This document shows, in pieces, positions 1 to 10,348 of a DNA stretch of 64,000 nucleotides. The notes under the pieces are model-generated. The model worked only from the letters and a program-made list of their open reading frames with translations, was not told the DNA's origin and did not search any database. The position numbers were made by a program, and so were the translations under genes. Source of the stretch: Candidatus Omnitrophota bacterium (GTDB lineage: Bacteria; Omnitrophota; Gorgyraeia; Duberdicusellales; Duberdicusellaceae); contig JAFGCB010000030.1 in assembly GCA_016932855.1 (NCBI GenBank), positions 475 through 64,474 of the forward strand, written 5' to 3'. The first letter of the stretch is position 1. Each line of letters begins with the position of its first letter.

Positions 1-40
1 AAAGGCAATTATTCGAGGCTCATTACAAAGAACAATATGA

Positions 41-68
41 ACAAAAAAAAGCATCCCGAAGGATGCTT
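41..68 (-). terminator. Rho-independent terminator candidate (minus strand)
   Basis: Read on the minus strand, 49-68 gives AAGCATCC-UUCG-GGATGCTT, a perfect 8-bp stem with a UUCG tetraloop. It is followed by a run of 6-8 U (A-run 43-50 on plus). It lies ~190 nt downstream of the tyrS stop. Confidence 0.55.
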
Positions 69-257
69 TATAGTAATTCCTTCTCTATAAAAAATAGGTT
101 AGCTTGTATCTTTGAAGCCTATAATCAAAGATAATTTAATCATAAGGCAGGATAAAATATAGCATAAGCGCTGCCTATTGTCAAGAGCTATAAGATACTC
201 AAATTTGGCAATTTTGTCAAGGAATTATTGGATTATTTGCAGCTGAAAAGAAGGGAT

Positions 258-1457
258 TTATTTGCTTACGATTTTTAAGAACTTTTTCTTGCCCACCCTT
301 AAAATACCTTCTTTGTTTATTAGGCTATTTTCATCTAAGATTTTATGACCGGAAAACTCCAAGGCCTTTTGTTTTATTAAGCGTCTGGCTTCATTCTTAG
401 AAGCAACCAACCCGCTGGCAATAAGGATATCGAGTAGCCTTTCTCCTTCTGAATTAATGCTATATTCTGGGAAATCTGAAGCACTTAAGTCCTTCTTAGA
501 AAATATAGTCTCAAATTTATTCTTTTCTTCTTTCGCAACATCCTTGCCATAAAACCAAGCAACAAATTCACAAGCAAGATTAGTCTTTGTTTCCTTGGGG
601 TGTTCTTTCTTTAAACTCATTAAATCAAAAATTTCAAGATATTGATACATAAGTTCATCCGAAACTGACATAGTCTTTCCAAAAATATCGGACGGCTTCT
701 CTTGTATGCCGATATAATTACCTAACGATTTGGACATCTTATTTACGCCGTCTAAGCCCACTAAAAGAGGCAGAGTCATAATGACCTGAGGGCTTTGACC
801 AAAAGCTTCTTGTATTCGTCTTCCTACAATAAGATTGAATTTCTGGTCAGTTCCCCCTAATTCTATATCAGCCTCTATTTTTACTGAATCGTAACCCTGC
901 ATAAGCGGATAAAGAAATTCTAACATGGTAATAGGCTTGCCTTCTCTCATCCTTAAAGTGAAATCATCCCGCTCCAGCAATCTCGCTACCGTGTAATTGC
1001 TGAGCAAAACCATCAAGTCCTCGAGAGTAGTTTTGTCAAACCACTTGCTGTTAAATACTACCTTCGTTTTTTTGCGGTCCAATATCTTGAATGCCTGGTC
1101 GGTATATGTCTTGGCATTCTGCATAATCTGCTTTTTGGTCAAAGGCGGTCTTGTCTCGTTCTTGCCTGAAGGGTCGCCGATTCTTGCGGTAAAGTCACCG
1201 ACAATAAAGTAAACAATATGACCTAAATCCTGAAATCGACGCAACTTCTTAAGAAGCACTATATGCCCTAGATGGATGTCGGGGGCCGTAGGATCAAAAC
1301 CGGCTTTAACTCTTAAAGGGATATTCGTTCGGAAGGAATTCTCTATTTTGGCGGCGAGATCTTCTTCTGATATTATCTCTACTACATTCCGCTTAAGCGA
1401 GGTTAACTGTTCAGCTATTTTCTTCTTCAGGCTCATCAATCTTGGCGGAAAGACCAA
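258..1457 (-). CDS. tyrS: Tyrosyl-tRNA synthetase
   Basis: HIGH-type motif (PDIHLGH), KMSKS motif and C-terminal S4-like domain. The true start is probably the internal Met at ~1436, since the ORF overlaps the rpsA 3' end. Confidence 0.9.
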   Translation of the reverse strand: MVFPPRLMSLKKKIAEQLTSLKRNVVEIISEEDLAAKIENSFRTNIPLRVKAGFDPTAPDIHLGHIVLLKKLRRFQDLGHIVYFIVGDFTARIGDPSGKNETRPPLTKKQIMQNAKTYTDQAFKILDRKKTKVVFNSKWFDKTTLEDLMVLLSNYTVARLLERDDFTLRMREGKPITMLEFLYPLMQGYDSVKIEADIELGGTDQKFNLIVGRRIQEAFGQSPQVIMTLPLLVGLDGVNKMSKSLGNYIGIQEKPSDIFGKTMSVSDELMYQYLEIFDLMSLKKEHPKETKTNLACEFVAWFYGKDVAKEEKNKFETIFSKKDLSASDFPEYSINSEGERLLDILIASGLVASKNEARRLIKQKALEFSGHKILDENSLINKEGILRVGKKKFLKIVSK

Positions 1458-2982
1458 TCTTGCGACTATCGCTATCGACCTTTATGATCTTAGCTTTTAT
1501 ATTATCGGAAACGTTAAGACCGTCTTTTACCTCTTTGTCAATTTCGTCTTCGAAAATCAAACCCTCAAGCTCCTCTTCAAGCTTTACAAAAACCCCGAAA
1601 TCAGTGATTTTTACTATCTCGGTCTCTAAAACTTTGCCCACCGGGTAATTTTCTAAAATCTTGGACCAGGGATCGTCTTTAAGCTGTTTAAAGCCCAGGA
1701 TTATCCTACGGTTGTCTCTATCAATGTCTAAAATCTTGAATTCGTATATGTGGTTGCGTTTAAGAATCTCCTGAGGTCTATTTATTCTCTTTGTCCAGGA
1801 CAAATCTTTAGTATAAACTATCGCCTCCATACCCTCAGGAAGTTCAACAAAAGCCGCGTCCTGAATAAAACCTACAACTTTCCCTTTTACTTTAACGTCA
1901 GTGGCGAAACTTTCAGGCAGATTTTCCCAGGGATCGCGCTCTAAACGCTTGACGCTTAGAGATATTTTTCTGCTGCGCACATCCACGTTTATGACTTTAA
2001 CCTCTATCATATCACCTATGGCAAACATATCTTGAGGGCTTTCCTTAAGGCGCGACCAGGAAAGTTCGGATATATGGACCAAACCTTCAATGCCTTTATC
2101 GAGCTCGACAAACACTCCGTAATTTTGAATATTTACTATTTTACCTTTCACTACAGAACCAGCGGGGAATCTTTCTTGAATGTCGTTCCAAGGATCTTGG
2201 GTTAACTGCTTCATGCCCAGGGAAAGACGCTTAGACTGTTTATCAATATTGAGAATCATTACCTCAACTTGATTACCGACCGCGACTATTTCCGAAGGGT
2301 GGTTAATCTTCCGCCAGCTCATATCGCCTATGTGCAGAAGGCCGTCAATTCCTCCTATATCTATAAAAGCCCCGAAGTCGGCTATACTCTTTACTTTTCC
2401 TTTTACAACTTCTCCGACTTTTAAGCTTTCCCAAACTTTCTCTCTCCTAAGCTCTTTTTCCGCTTTTAAAGCGTCTTTCCGGGAAACTATGAAATTCTGC
2501 TTGGCTTTGCTTAAACGCACAATCTGAAAAAGAAACTTTTTAGCTATTATTTCATTCTCAGCAAAATCTCTGAAGGCCGAGAGACTTCCCGGCAAAAACC
2601 CTTCGGTTCCGAATACATCAACCATGAAGCCGCCTTTTACTTTCCGGACAACCACGCCTTCTACTATATCGCCTTCGTTATATTTAGTGCTTAGGGTTCT
2701 CCATCCCAAAGTCTTCTTGGCTTTCTGATAGGAAATTACTAATTTTCCCTCTTCATCTTCTACGGCGTCTATCAGGACCTCTATTTGGGTTCCTGTAGGC
2801 GGTACGCCCTCAGGCATAAACTCATCCGCAAGAACGATTCCCTCGGATTTATAACCTATATCAACGATTACCTCCTTGGGACGCACCTCTACGATAGTCC
2901 CCTGTACAATGTCACCGTCTTTGAATTCCTTGATAGAAGAAAAATATGCTTCTTTAAGGTCTGAACTTAAATTATTGTCCAC
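1411..2982 (-). CDS. rpsA: 30S ribosomal protein S1 (multiple S1 domains)
   Basis: 523 aa with repeated S1 RNA-binding domains. GTG start at 2982 with GGAAGGG SD 8 nt upstream. Confidence 0.9.
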   Translation of the reverse strand: MDNNLSSDLKEAYFSSIKEFKDGDIVQGTIVEVRPKEVIVDIGYKSEGIVLADEFMPEGVPPTGTQIEVLIDAVEDEEGKLVISYQKAKKTLGWRTLSTKYNEGDIVEGVVVRKVKGGFMVDVFGTEGFLPGSLSAFRDFAENEIIAKKFLFQIVRLSKAKQNFIVSRKDALKAEKELRREKVWESLKVGEVVKGKVKSIADFGAFIDIGGIDGLLHIGDMSWRKINHPSEIVAVGNQVEVMILNIDKQSKRLSLGMKQLTQDPWNDIQERFPAGSVVKGKIVNIQNYGVFVELDKGIEGLVHISELSWSRLKESPQDMFAIGDMIEVKVINVDVRSRKISLSVKRLERDPWENLPESFATDVKVKGKVVGFIQDAAFVELPEGMEAIVYTKDLSWTKRINRPQEILKRNHIYEFKILDIDRDNRRIILGFKQLKDDPWSKILENYPVGKVLETEIVKITDFGVFVKLEEELEGLIFEDEIDKEVKDGLNVSDNIKAKIIKVDSDSRKIGLSAKIDEPEEENS

Positions 2983-3013
2983 TTATTATCCCTTCCTCTC
3001 CAAAATTTTTAAG

Positions 3014-3042
3014 ATTATCTCCTAAATAATGTTATATGTCAA
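3014..3042 (-). promoter_or_regulatory. Sigma-70-like promoter upstream of rpsA (TTGACA-N17-GATAAT)
   Basis: On the minus strand, TTGACA is at 3042->3037 and GATAAT at 3019->3014 with a 17-nt spacer. This is ~30 nt upstream of the rpsA GTG. Confidence 0.5.
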
Positions 3043-3062
3043 CCTTATTTTTCGACACACAA

Positions 3063-3117
3063 ATAATCACAGATAGCTTAATAAACTTAAGTTTTTACAG
3101 ACGATCACAGATATCTA
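3063..3117. promoter_or_regulatory. ATCTGTGA direct-repeat motif (family F8) upstream of the rpsA promoter
   Basis: Contains aatcacagatagc and acagacgatcacagatatc, which are reverse complements of ATCTGTGAT units. The same units occur at 42324, 52778 and 58560. Confidence 0.4.
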
Positions 3118-3189
3118 GGACTTTGGGGCCGCCTGGGACAAATAATCTTATTTTATGTATGGAGATTACTGCTGGCAAGACAGCGTAAA

Positions 3190-3765
3190 TCAATCAAGAG
3201 TCTTTATTACAGAAAGGATATCTCTTGCGATTTGTTCCGGGTCTTTTTCTTTGCCAAATTTAAGGGGTTTTCCGAAAATAACCTTTACTTTAGCAAATCT
3301 AGGGAATTTCTGACCCCTGGCAAGAACTTTATCTGTATTGTAAACCCTCGCCGGTATCACCGGAACACCGGATTTTTTAACCAAAAACCCTACACCGGCG
3401 TATATTTTATCTGTATTTGAAGCTCTCGTACCTTCAGGAAAAACAAGCATGGGTTCGTTGTTCTTCAACAAGTTAAGGCAGTTTCTCAAGGCAGAAATAT
3501 CAGCCTTGTTTCTCTTTACCGGAAAAGCCTTCATAAAGTAGAATAAGGCCGAAATAAAAGGGCCTTTAAACAGCTCCTCTTTAGCCAGATAATTAAGCCT
3601 TCGGGGAGAAATCGCTCCCAGCAAAAAAGGATCGATATTACTTAGATGGTTAGAAGCCATAATAAAGGCGCCTTTAAGAGGAATGGAATCCCCGCCCTTA
3701 ACTTCTACTCTTGCAAAAATCTTAATAACAATTATTGATAATAACCGGAAAAAACTATAAATCAT
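3190..3765 (-). CDS. plsC: 1-acyl-sn-glycerol-3-phosphate acyltransferase
   Basis: NHxSxxD acyltransferase motif (NHLSNIDPF) and FPEGTR motif. Confidence 0.8.
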   Translation of the reverse strand: MIYSFFRLLSIIVIKIFARVEVKGGDSIPLKGAFIMASNHLSNIDPFLLGAISPRRLNYLAKEELFKGPFISALFYFMKAFPVKRNKADISALRNCLNLLKNNEPMLVFPEGTRASNTDKIYAGVGFLVKKSGVPVIPARVYNTDKVLARGQKFPRFAKVKVIFGKPLKFGKEKDPEQIARDILSVIKTLD

Positions 3766-3796
3766 TTAATATGCACCCTTGAAAAAATAGGGCAGG

Positions 3797-5200
3797 TTAC
3801 AAATTATGGAGCAGACGTTTACCCTGGACAACCAGCTTTTGGGCAGCTATCTTGGATTTAGCCTCGGCATAAACACGCACTATAGGCTCTGTGCCTGAAG
3901 CCCGGAACATCAGCCAAGCCGAGTCAGCGATTACCTTTATACCGTCCAGTTTATTTACTCTTATAACCTTCTTTCCTAAAAGATATTTTGGAATTTTTAG
4001 TCGATTTAAAGAATCTTTACTTACCCTGCTTACCGGAATAGACGTCCTTGAATAATGCCATCTTCCGAATCTCTTCTCAAATTCTCTTATAAGTTCAAGG
4101 GGCGTCTTCTTAAGAAAGGCAAGCATTTCAAGAAAAAGCACCGTAGCCATGGTAGCATCCCTTTCAGGAATATAGTTTTTAACCCCGATACCTCCGGCCT
4201 CTTCTCCGCCGATAAGAATATCCTCTTCGGCGAAAAGTCTGGATATATACTTGAAACCCACCGGGGTCTCAAAGCAAATCCTATTTAAGCTTAAAGAAAC
4301 CAAATCTATGATGTTACTTCCCACAACAGTCTTAACAATAGCACCGCTTAATCTTCTATTGCGAGCCAAATGCACCGCAAGAAGCGGCAAAAGAAGTTGG
4401 GCATTTACGTAACGGCCGCCTTTTAAGACACAAGCAATCCTGTCACCGTCTCCGTCCAAGACTACCCCTAAATCGAATTTTCCTTTCTTCATTTCTTTTA
4501 TTAGACCTTTAATATTCTCCTCGGTTGGTTCAGGGTGTATTCCACCAAAAGAAGGATTAAATTCTTTATGAAGATAAGAAAACTTTATTTTACTCGGGCT
4601 TAAAACCCTCTCTATATAAGAATTACCTGAACCGTACATCAAATCAACCAAGACTTTTAATTTTAATTTTTTAATCAAAGAAAGATTAACATAATTTTTT
4701 ATAAATTTGATATAATCCGGCGATAAATCAGATATTGTAAGCAAACCTTTCTTTACAGACTCATCTTTAGGCATTAACTTTACTTTGGTCGTAAAAAGCA
4801 ACTTCTCAACACCCCGGGTAATATCTACTCCGGCAGAGCCGCCCTGGGGAGTTTTTATCTTAAAGCCATTGAAACGATAAGGGTTATGCGAAGCTGTTAT
4901 CATAATTCCTAAATCGCAATTTTTATATTTTGTATAGAAACTTACTATGGGCGTAGGCACGCTGTCTTGGCTTAAGATAACTTTTATATTATTGCCGCAG
5001 AGAACTGAGGAAACAGCCTGGGCAAATTCTTTAGATAAAAACCTTGAATCAAACCCTACGGCAACTTTTATTTTCTCTCCTTTGCTACTTTTCTTTAGAA
5101 AATCCGCGACTGCCTGCGAAAGAACCTTAAGATTACCAAAAGTAAAATCATCTGCTATTACTGCCCGCCATCCGTCTGTACCGAATTTTATTGAATTCAT
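3797..5200 (-). CDS. Phosphoglucomutase/phosphomannomutase family (alpha-D-phosphohexomutase)
   Basis: Active-site TASHNP motif and GDGDR metal-binding loop. Confidence 0.8.
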   Translation of the reverse strand: MNSIKFGTDGWRAVIADDFTFGNLKVLSQAVADFLKKSSKGEKIKVAVGFDSRFLSKEFAQAVSSVLCGNNIKVILSQDSVPTPIVSFYTKYKNCDLGIMITASHNPYRFNGFKIKTPQGGSAGVDITRGVEKLLFTTKVKLMPKDESVKKGLLTISDLSPDYIKFIKNYVNLSLIKKLKLKVLVDLMYGSGNSYIERVLSPSKIKFSYLHKEFNPSFGGIHPEPTEENIKGLIKEMKKGKFDLGVVLDGDGDRIACVLKGGRYVNAQLLLPLLAVHLARNRRLSGAIVKTVVGSNIIDLVSLSLNRICFETPVGFKYISRLFAEEDILIGGEEAGGIGVKNYIPERDATMATVLFLEMLAFLKKTPLELIREFEKRFGRWHYSRTSIPVSRVSKDSLNRLKIPKYLLGKKVIRVNKLDGIKVIADSAWLMFRASGTEPIVRVYAEAKSKIAAQKLVVQGKRLLHNL

Positions 5201-5763
5201 TTACCAAGCCTCCTCTTAGCCTTAACAATGGAAGGTATTATCTCTTCCGGGACCAAATATCTTATGGATTTGCCCTGTTTTATTCTCTTACGTATTAGTG
5301 ACGAAGAAATCTCTATTTTCGGCATTGATATAAAAATAAAGCCCTTGCTTTTCTTTCTTAGGGCTTCTCTTAAAACCACAACTACCTTGGCAAGCTTTAG
5401 TATAGTCTTGGGTTTATGCCAAGAACCGAAACCTTTGAACAAATCCGAACCGATTATAAGAAAAAGCTTGTCTTTAGGATACATCTTCTTAATCTGCAAC
5501 AAAGTATCAACAGTATAAGATATTCCTCCTCTGTCTATCTCTAAAGACTTTACCCTAAAATATTTACTTTTTTTCAAAGCTACCTTTAAAAGCCGAAGGC
5601 GCAATTTAGAACTAAGAAGCCTGTCTTCTGCCTTATGAGGAGGTATATTGCAAGGGATAAAAATTACCTTATCTAGTTTAAGATAGTCCCGTACGTATTC
5701 ACCCAGAATCAGGTGCCCGTAATGTAGGGGGTTAAATGTCCCGCCGAGGATTCCAATCTTCAT
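5197..5763 (-). CDS. nadD: Nicotinate-nucleotide adenylyltransferase
   Basis: GILGGTFNPLHYGH nucleotidyltransferase motif, 188 aa. Confidence 0.85.
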   Translation of the reverse strand: MKIGILGGTFNPLHYGHLILGEYVRDYLKLDKVIFIPCNIPPHKAEDRLLSSKLRLRLLKVALKKSKYFRVKSLEIDRGGISYTVDTLLQIKKMYPKDKLFLIIGSDLFKGFGSWHKPKTILKLAKVVVVLREALRKKSKGFIFISMPKIEISSSLIRKRIKQGKSIRYLVPEEIIPSIVKAKRRLGK

Positions 5764-5883
5764 TAGCGTATAGCGTTTAGCGGATAGCGGTTAGTAAATA
5801 TCATGTTTAAAATCCTAAAACAATTTATTTTTTAGTGGAATTTATTCTTACGCATTACGCGTTACGCATAACGCATTACGTAA
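5763..5883. repeat. Tandem-unit palindrome: TAGCGNN x4 ... TACGCNT x5
   Basis: ttagcgtatagcgtttagcggatagcggttag at 5763-5794. Reverse-complement-like units cttacgcattacgcgttacgcataacgcattacgtaa at 5848-5883. Confidence 0.6.
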
Positions 5884-5892
5884 ACATATTTT

Positions 5893-7143
5893 CTACTTAC
5901 GGATTTGTCCGTTGCCGGTAGCTACCCACTTATAAGTCGTAAGCTCTTCCAGACCCATGGGACCGCGGGCATGAAGCTTATCTGTAGAGATTCCTATTTC
6001 TGCCCCTAAACCAAACTGAAAACCATCGCTGAAACGCGTTGAGATATTGGAAAAACAACAGGCAGAATCAACCTCTTTCAGAAATTTTTCGATATTCTTT
6101 CTGCTCTTGGTAATGATACTATCGGTATGAAATGACCCGTAAGTATTGATATGGGTAATTGCTTCAGTTATATCTTTTACTATTTTTATTGAAACTATTA
6201 AATCCAGATATTCAATAGCCCAATCAGCCTCTTTCGCCTGATTAATTCCGGGAATAACCGCGAAAGTCTTTTTATCGCCGCGGATTTCCACTCCTCTTTT
6301 ATCAAACTCTTTCTTAAGAAGGGGCAAAAACTTCCTGGCTATATCTTGATGGACTAAAATAGTTTCTACAGCGTTGCAGACCGAAGGCCGCTGGGTCTTG
6401 GCATTGATAGAAATGTTTAAAGCTTTCTTTATATCCGCCTCTTTATCTACAAATATATGGCATACCCCTTTATAATGCTTTATTACCGGAATAGCGGAAC
6501 TCTTGGCAACTTTACGTATCAGAGACTCGCCACCCCTGGGAATAACCAGATCTATATAGGTATCCTGTTTAAGAAGTTCGTCTATTAAATTTCGCTGGGT
6601 TCTTTCTACTACAAAAAATGCTGGAAAGCTTATACCGCTTCTCTTAAGAGCCCTGTTTAAAACCCTGGCAATTGCCTTGTTAGAATATAGAGCGCCACTT
6701 CCGCCGCGTAAAATCCCGACATTGGAAGTCTTAAATAAAAGACCTACGCAATCACTGGTAACATTAGGCCTTGCTTCATAAACAATAAGCACCACGCCGA
6801 TAGGGACCCTTACTCTTTTTATCCTAATCCCGTTTGGCCTGGTTGTAGCAGAAATAACCTTGCCTACCGGATCAACAAGCTTAGCCACCGCGGAAAGAGA
6901 CTTACTCATTTCTTTAATTCTCTTATCAGTAAGCTTAAGCCTATCGATAAAGCTCTGCTTTAATTTATTTTTGTAAGCTATTTTCAAATCCTTGAGGTTT
7001 TCCTTTAGGATATAATCTTTGTTCTTGATTATGTCCCTGGCCATGACTTTTAAAGCCCTGTTTTTTTCAAGCGTCGAAAGCCTAGCTAAGGCAAAACTTG
7101 ACTTCTTTGCCTTTGTAACTAAATCCTTGATATACGCGCTCAT
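5893..7143 (-). CDS. proA: Gamma-glutamyl phosphate reductase
   Basis: 416 aa aldehyde-dehydrogenase-like ProA, adjacent to proB. Confidence 0.9.
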   Translation of the reverse strand: MSAYIKDLVTKAKKSSFALARLSTLEKNRALKVMARDIIKNKDYILKENLKDLKIAYKNKLKQSFIDRLKLTDKRIKEMSKSLSAVAKLVDPVGKVISATTRPNGIRIKRVRVPIGVVLIVYEARPNVTSDCVGLLFKTSNVGILRGGSGALYSNKAIARVLNRALKRSGISFPAFFVVERTQRNLIDELLKQDTYIDLVIPRGGESLIRKVAKSSAIPVIKHYKGVCHIFVDKEADIKKALNISINAKTQRPSVCNAVETILVHQDIARKFLPLLKKEFDKRGVEIRGDKKTFAVIPGINQAKEADWAIEYLDLIVSIKIVKDITEAITHINTYGSFHTDSIITKSRKNIEKFLKEVDSACCFSNISTRFSDGFQFGLGAEIGISTDKLHARGPMGLEELTTYKWVATGNGQIRK

Positions 7144-7147
7144 CTGT

Positions 7148-8230
7148 CTACTCCGGTTGTTTTTTCCAAAACTCTAACCACTCTGTAATAACCAAATGAT
7201 CCCTATGTATTACCTCCTGAGGCAGTTTTTCTCCGATATTCTTCTTTAAATAATCTGAATCATAATTAACCAAGCCTTGACCTAATATAATCTTGTTCTC
7301 GGAAACAACATAAACAGCATCGCTTCTTACAAAATCTCCTTTAACTTCTTTAATCCCCTTAGAAAGAAGACTTCCATTCTTCTCTGTCAGCGCCTTTTCT
7401 GCGCCGGAATCCACTATTATGCTGCCTTTAGGCTTCTTGCTAAAAGCAATCCACTTTTTCTTTCCTGAAATCTTGCCCCGGGGCTCAAAATGAGTTCCGA
7501 TATCGCTATTATTATCAACCGCTATCTTGGTTAGCACGTCTTTAGTTTGCCCGTGAATGATTACAGTCTTAATTCCTAAGGTAGCGGCCAGATCAGCTGC
7601 CTCTAATTTTGAAAGCATGCCTCCCTTGGTATGAACACAGCCTTTTTTTCTTACGGCCTTCAGATGGCATTCATCAAGCCTGGTAATTTCCCGAACAACT
7701 TTCTGGCCATCATTAAAACCTTCCACGTTGGAAAGAAGCAGAAGCATCTCGGCGTCGATAAGCCCGGCCACCAAGGCTGAAAGTTTATCATTATCGCCGA
7801 ATTTTATCTCCTCGATCGAAACAGTATCATTCTCATTCACCACCGGAATCACCCCTTGATCAAAAAGGGTAAAAAAGGTATTCTTGGCGTTATTATATCT
7901 TTCTCTATGATGGAAATCATCCCAAGTAAGAAGTATCTGACCGCAAATTTTCTTATATTTTTTAAAGTGCTTATTATAAATATCCATTAACGAGGTTTGC
8001 CCTATAGAAGCGATGGCCTGCAGTTTATTAATCTGGGTGGGAACTTTACTTAATTTAAGCTTGGACATCCCGGCAACAATAGCCCCCGAACTTACAATAC
8101 AGACATCGATATTCTTCTTGCAGAGCTGGATTATCTGACGGACTATGCTTTCCAAAAGTCTCTCATCAATGCAACCCTTAGAGGTCATAACCGACGAGCC
8201 TATTTTTACTACTACCCTTCTCTTTTTCAT
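7148..8230 (-). CDS. proB: Glutamate 5-kinase (with PUA domain)
   Basis: Amino-acid kinase fold N-terminal region (VVKIGSS) and C-terminal PUA domain. Overlaps the obg stop. Confidence 0.9.
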   Translation of the reverse strand: MKKRRVVVKIGSSVMTSKGCIDERLLESIVRQIIQLCKKNIDVCIVSSGAIVAGMSKLKLSKVPTQINKLQAIASIGQTSLMDIYNKHFKKYKKICGQILLTWDDFHHRERYNNAKNTFFTLFDQGVIPVVNENDTVSIEEIKFGDNDKLSALVAGLIDAEMLLLLSNVEGFNDGQKVVREITRLDECHLKAVRKKGCVHTKGGMLSKLEAADLAATLGIKTVIIHGQTKDVLTKIAVDNNSDIGTHFEPRGKISGKKKWIAFSKKPKGSIIVDSGAEKALTEKNGSLLSKGIKEVKGDFVRSDAVYVVSENKIILGQGLVNYDSDYLKKNIGEKLPQEVIHRDHLVITEWLEFWKKQPE

Positions 8231-9147
8231 TTCTCTAATAATTTAAAGACTTTATCAATAAATTGGTCAAGGCCTGTGCCTTCTTTAGCTGACATTCCAA
8301 GATAACCATCAGGGTTTTTTCCGTCTATTGTATCTATTTTATTTAAAACTATCAAGGTGTTTTTATGCCTTAAATCAGGATTGCTTTGACCTAGAACCTC
8401 CTTTAAGCTAGCCACCTGTTCATTTACATCATGCCCGGCGTCGATAAGTAAAACTAAAACCCTGGCTCTTTCTAAATGCTTTAAGAATTTTTCTCCCGGG
8501 GCCTGCTGGTTTTTCTTTCCTATGATAGCAGGTAGTTCTAGGATTGTAAACATCTTGTAGTTCTTGGCAACTACGCCCCAAACCGGCTTTTCTGTTACAA
8601 AAGGAAATTCAGATATTTTTGGCGAAAGATGGGTAATCTTTGAAATAAGTGTTGATTTACCTGTATTGGTAACCCCGAGCAGGACAACATCCGCGGGAAT
8701 TCTAAAATCAAGGATAATTTCTTTCTTCTGGCCCGGGCCCGGCGGTAAAGTATTCTTTCTTTTGATATTTCCTTTGCCGCCCCTGCCGCCTTTTACAACG
8801 AGAATCTTTTCTTTACTGCAAGCCAAATCAGAAAGAATTCCGCCCTGAACGTCTCTTATCAATGTGCCTTGGGGCACCTTCAATACTAAATCCTGGCCGT
8901 TTTTCCCCTTCTTGTTATAAGAAAGACCGAAGCCTCCGTTCTGGGCCTGGAATTTGCGTTTATTTAAAAACTTTGATAAATCAAAAACGTTTGAGTCATT
9001 TTCTATATAGATACTGCCGCCGTCTCCTCCGTCGCCTCCGATATTGACGAAGTAACTCTTAAATTTTCTCCGGGCCGAGGAGCCTTCGCCGCCTCTTCCC
9101 GCCTCAAGACAAACCTTAACCTCGTCGACAAATCTTACAGGCTTCAC
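8227..9147 (-). CDS. obg: GTPase Obg
   Basis: Glycine-rich Obg fold N-terminus followed by a G-domain (GVTNTGKST). GTG start at 9147; no obvious SD. Confidence 0.85.
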   Translation of the reverse strand: MKPVRFVDEVKVCLEAGRGGEGSSARRKFKSYFVNIGGDGGDGGSIYIENDSNVFDLSKFLNKRKFQAQNGGFGLSYNKKGKNGQDLVLKVPQGTLIRDVQGGILSDLACSKEKILVVKGGRGGKGNIKRKNTLPPGPGQKKEIILDFRIPADVVLLGVTNTGKSTLISKITHLSPKISEFPFVTEKPVWGVVAKNYKMFTILELPAIIGKKNQQAPGEKFLKHLERARVLVLLIDAGHDVNEQVASLKEVLGQSNPDLRHKNTLIVLNKIDTIDGKNPDGYLGMSAKEGTGLDQFIDKVFKLLEK

Positions 9148-9203
9148 AGTAATAATTTTAACACAAAAAAATAAGGAGGGCTAACTAGTTTAAATAAAAC
9201 CAT

Positions 9204-9302
9204 GATTTACCTCGTTCTTCGAACTCGGTAAATCATACGGTCGCATTTACCCCGCACCTTTGAGCTATTCATCGCGAAGCGAATACGGCAAAGGTGCGGG
9301 GT
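9204..9302 (-). promoter_or_regulatory. Structured leader between rplU and obg: three overlapping hairpins plus a U-tract (attenuator-like). It includes F3 long hairpin copy 1 (9249-9302).
   Basis: H1 GATTTACC/GGTAAATC (9204-9211/9227-9234) is followed on the transcript by AUGGUUUUAUUU. H2 GGTAAAT/ATTTACC (9227-9233/9245-9251) excludes H1. H3 ACCCCGCACCTTTG/CAAAGGTGCGGGGT (9249-9262/9289-9302) has a 26-nt loop. Confidence 0.45.
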
Positions 9303-9352
9303 CAAATTCGGACAGATGCCTTACCTCGGCTTCGCCTGCGTAAGCCATGTCC

Positions 9353-9667
9353 TCATTTGACTTTAATCTTTAAGACTTTAAGGAAGGTATAAATTTGGCG
9401 GTGACCTGTCTTTTTCTGGTAGTCTTTTCTTCTCTTGAATTTAAAAACTGTTACCTTTTTAGCCTTTTTTTCTTCTAGGACTTTGGCTTCGATCTTAACG
9501 TCTTTTATGTAGGGCCTGCCTACATCTATCTTATTGTCGTCGTGAAACACTAGGACTTGGCCTAAAGTAATCTTGGAACCCGACGAACGATCAAGGCGTT
9601 CGACCTGAATTACATCACCCTCTTTTATCTTATATTGCTTTGAACCTATTTTTGCTACTACCCACAT
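9353..9667 (-). CDS. rplU: 50S ribosomal protein L21
   Basis: MWVVAKIGSKQYKIKEGD N-terminus typical of bL21, 104 aa. Confidence 0.9.
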   Translation of the reverse strand: MWVVAKIGSKQYKIKEGDVIQVERLDRSSGSKITLGQVLVFHDDNKIDVGRPYIKDVKIEAKVLEEKKAKKVTVFKFKRRKDYQKKTGHRQIYTFLKVLKIKVK

Positions 9668-9858
9668 AGGCAGCTATGGTAGCACAAGACAAAATATAAA
9701 TCAAGAAAAATTCCGATATCAGATACCGCTAAAAATAACAATTTTTAATAACCAATGCGCAAACCCCAATGACAAATGAATTACTCAAATACTAATGTCC
9801 AATGCTGCCGGCAGGCAGGGATTTACTTGGGATTTGGTAATATTGGGACTTGGGATTT

Positions 9859-10344
9859 TCAGATCTCGTCTTTTCCTTCAAGTGCAGAAGAAAGAAACCT
9901 GCTAAGAATCTTATGGCTGCTTCCGGATATATTCACAAACATAACTCCCAAACCTAAAGTAGCAGAATCAATATCCCAGACCCTGCGTATCTCTCCCTGG
10001 GTCTTTATGGTGTTGCCTGCGCCTGGCAAATTAAACTTCATCCACAGTATAGAGCTTACTTTCAAATAGGATATGACTTCTATAAAAGAACTTTTATCTA
10101 TCTCGAAATAAACCCCGCTTAAACTTATATTTCTGGCTTTGCCTTCCAGGATCAGATTGTCGCCGCGAGGGTCAAGGGTAAGAGGCTGAAACCTTATAAA
10201 ATCATCTAAGGGTATGCGGACAAAACCCTTGCGCTTGTCAGATCTCTCTGAATCGGGTTTTTTCTGAACAATATCCTTGTTACAAACAGGACAGTTGTTT
10301 CTTCCTCTGGGAATCAATCTCTTACAGTGAGGGCAAAATTTCAT
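9859..10344 (-). CDS. PilZ-domain protein with N-terminal zinc ribbon
   Basis: CPHC...CPVC zinc ribbon, then PilZ motifs (RxxxR-like RKGFVRIPL and D/NxSxxG NISLSGVYF). Confidence 0.6.
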   Translation of the reverse strand: MKFCPHCKRLIPRGRNNCPVCNKDIVQKKPDSERSDKRKGFVRIPLDDFIRFQPLTLDPRGDNLILEGKARNISLSGVYFEIDKSSFIEVISYLKVSSILWMKFNLPGAGNTIKTQGEIRRVWDIDSATLGLGVMFVNISGSSHKILSRFLSSALEGKDEI

Positions 10345-10348
10345 AAAT

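Noticed and set aside
997-1629. Plus-strand ORFs overlapping minus-strand genes (e.g. 997-1212, 1276-1629, 2330-2527, 8564-8848, 15234-15531, 26503-26823, 28289-28624, 32466-32798, 40349-40702, 48405-48860).
   Set aside because: They lie antisense within well-supported conserved genes (tyrS, rpsA, obg, comM, leuC, fabF, plsX, feoB). They have low-complexity or S/P/L-rich translations and are typical shadow ORFs.
9148-9352. Searched the rplU-obg gap in all six frames for a degenerate or short L27 gene (MAHKKGGGS…).
   Set aside because: No frame gives an L27-like peptide. The only ORF is the 27-codon uORF, unrelated to L27.
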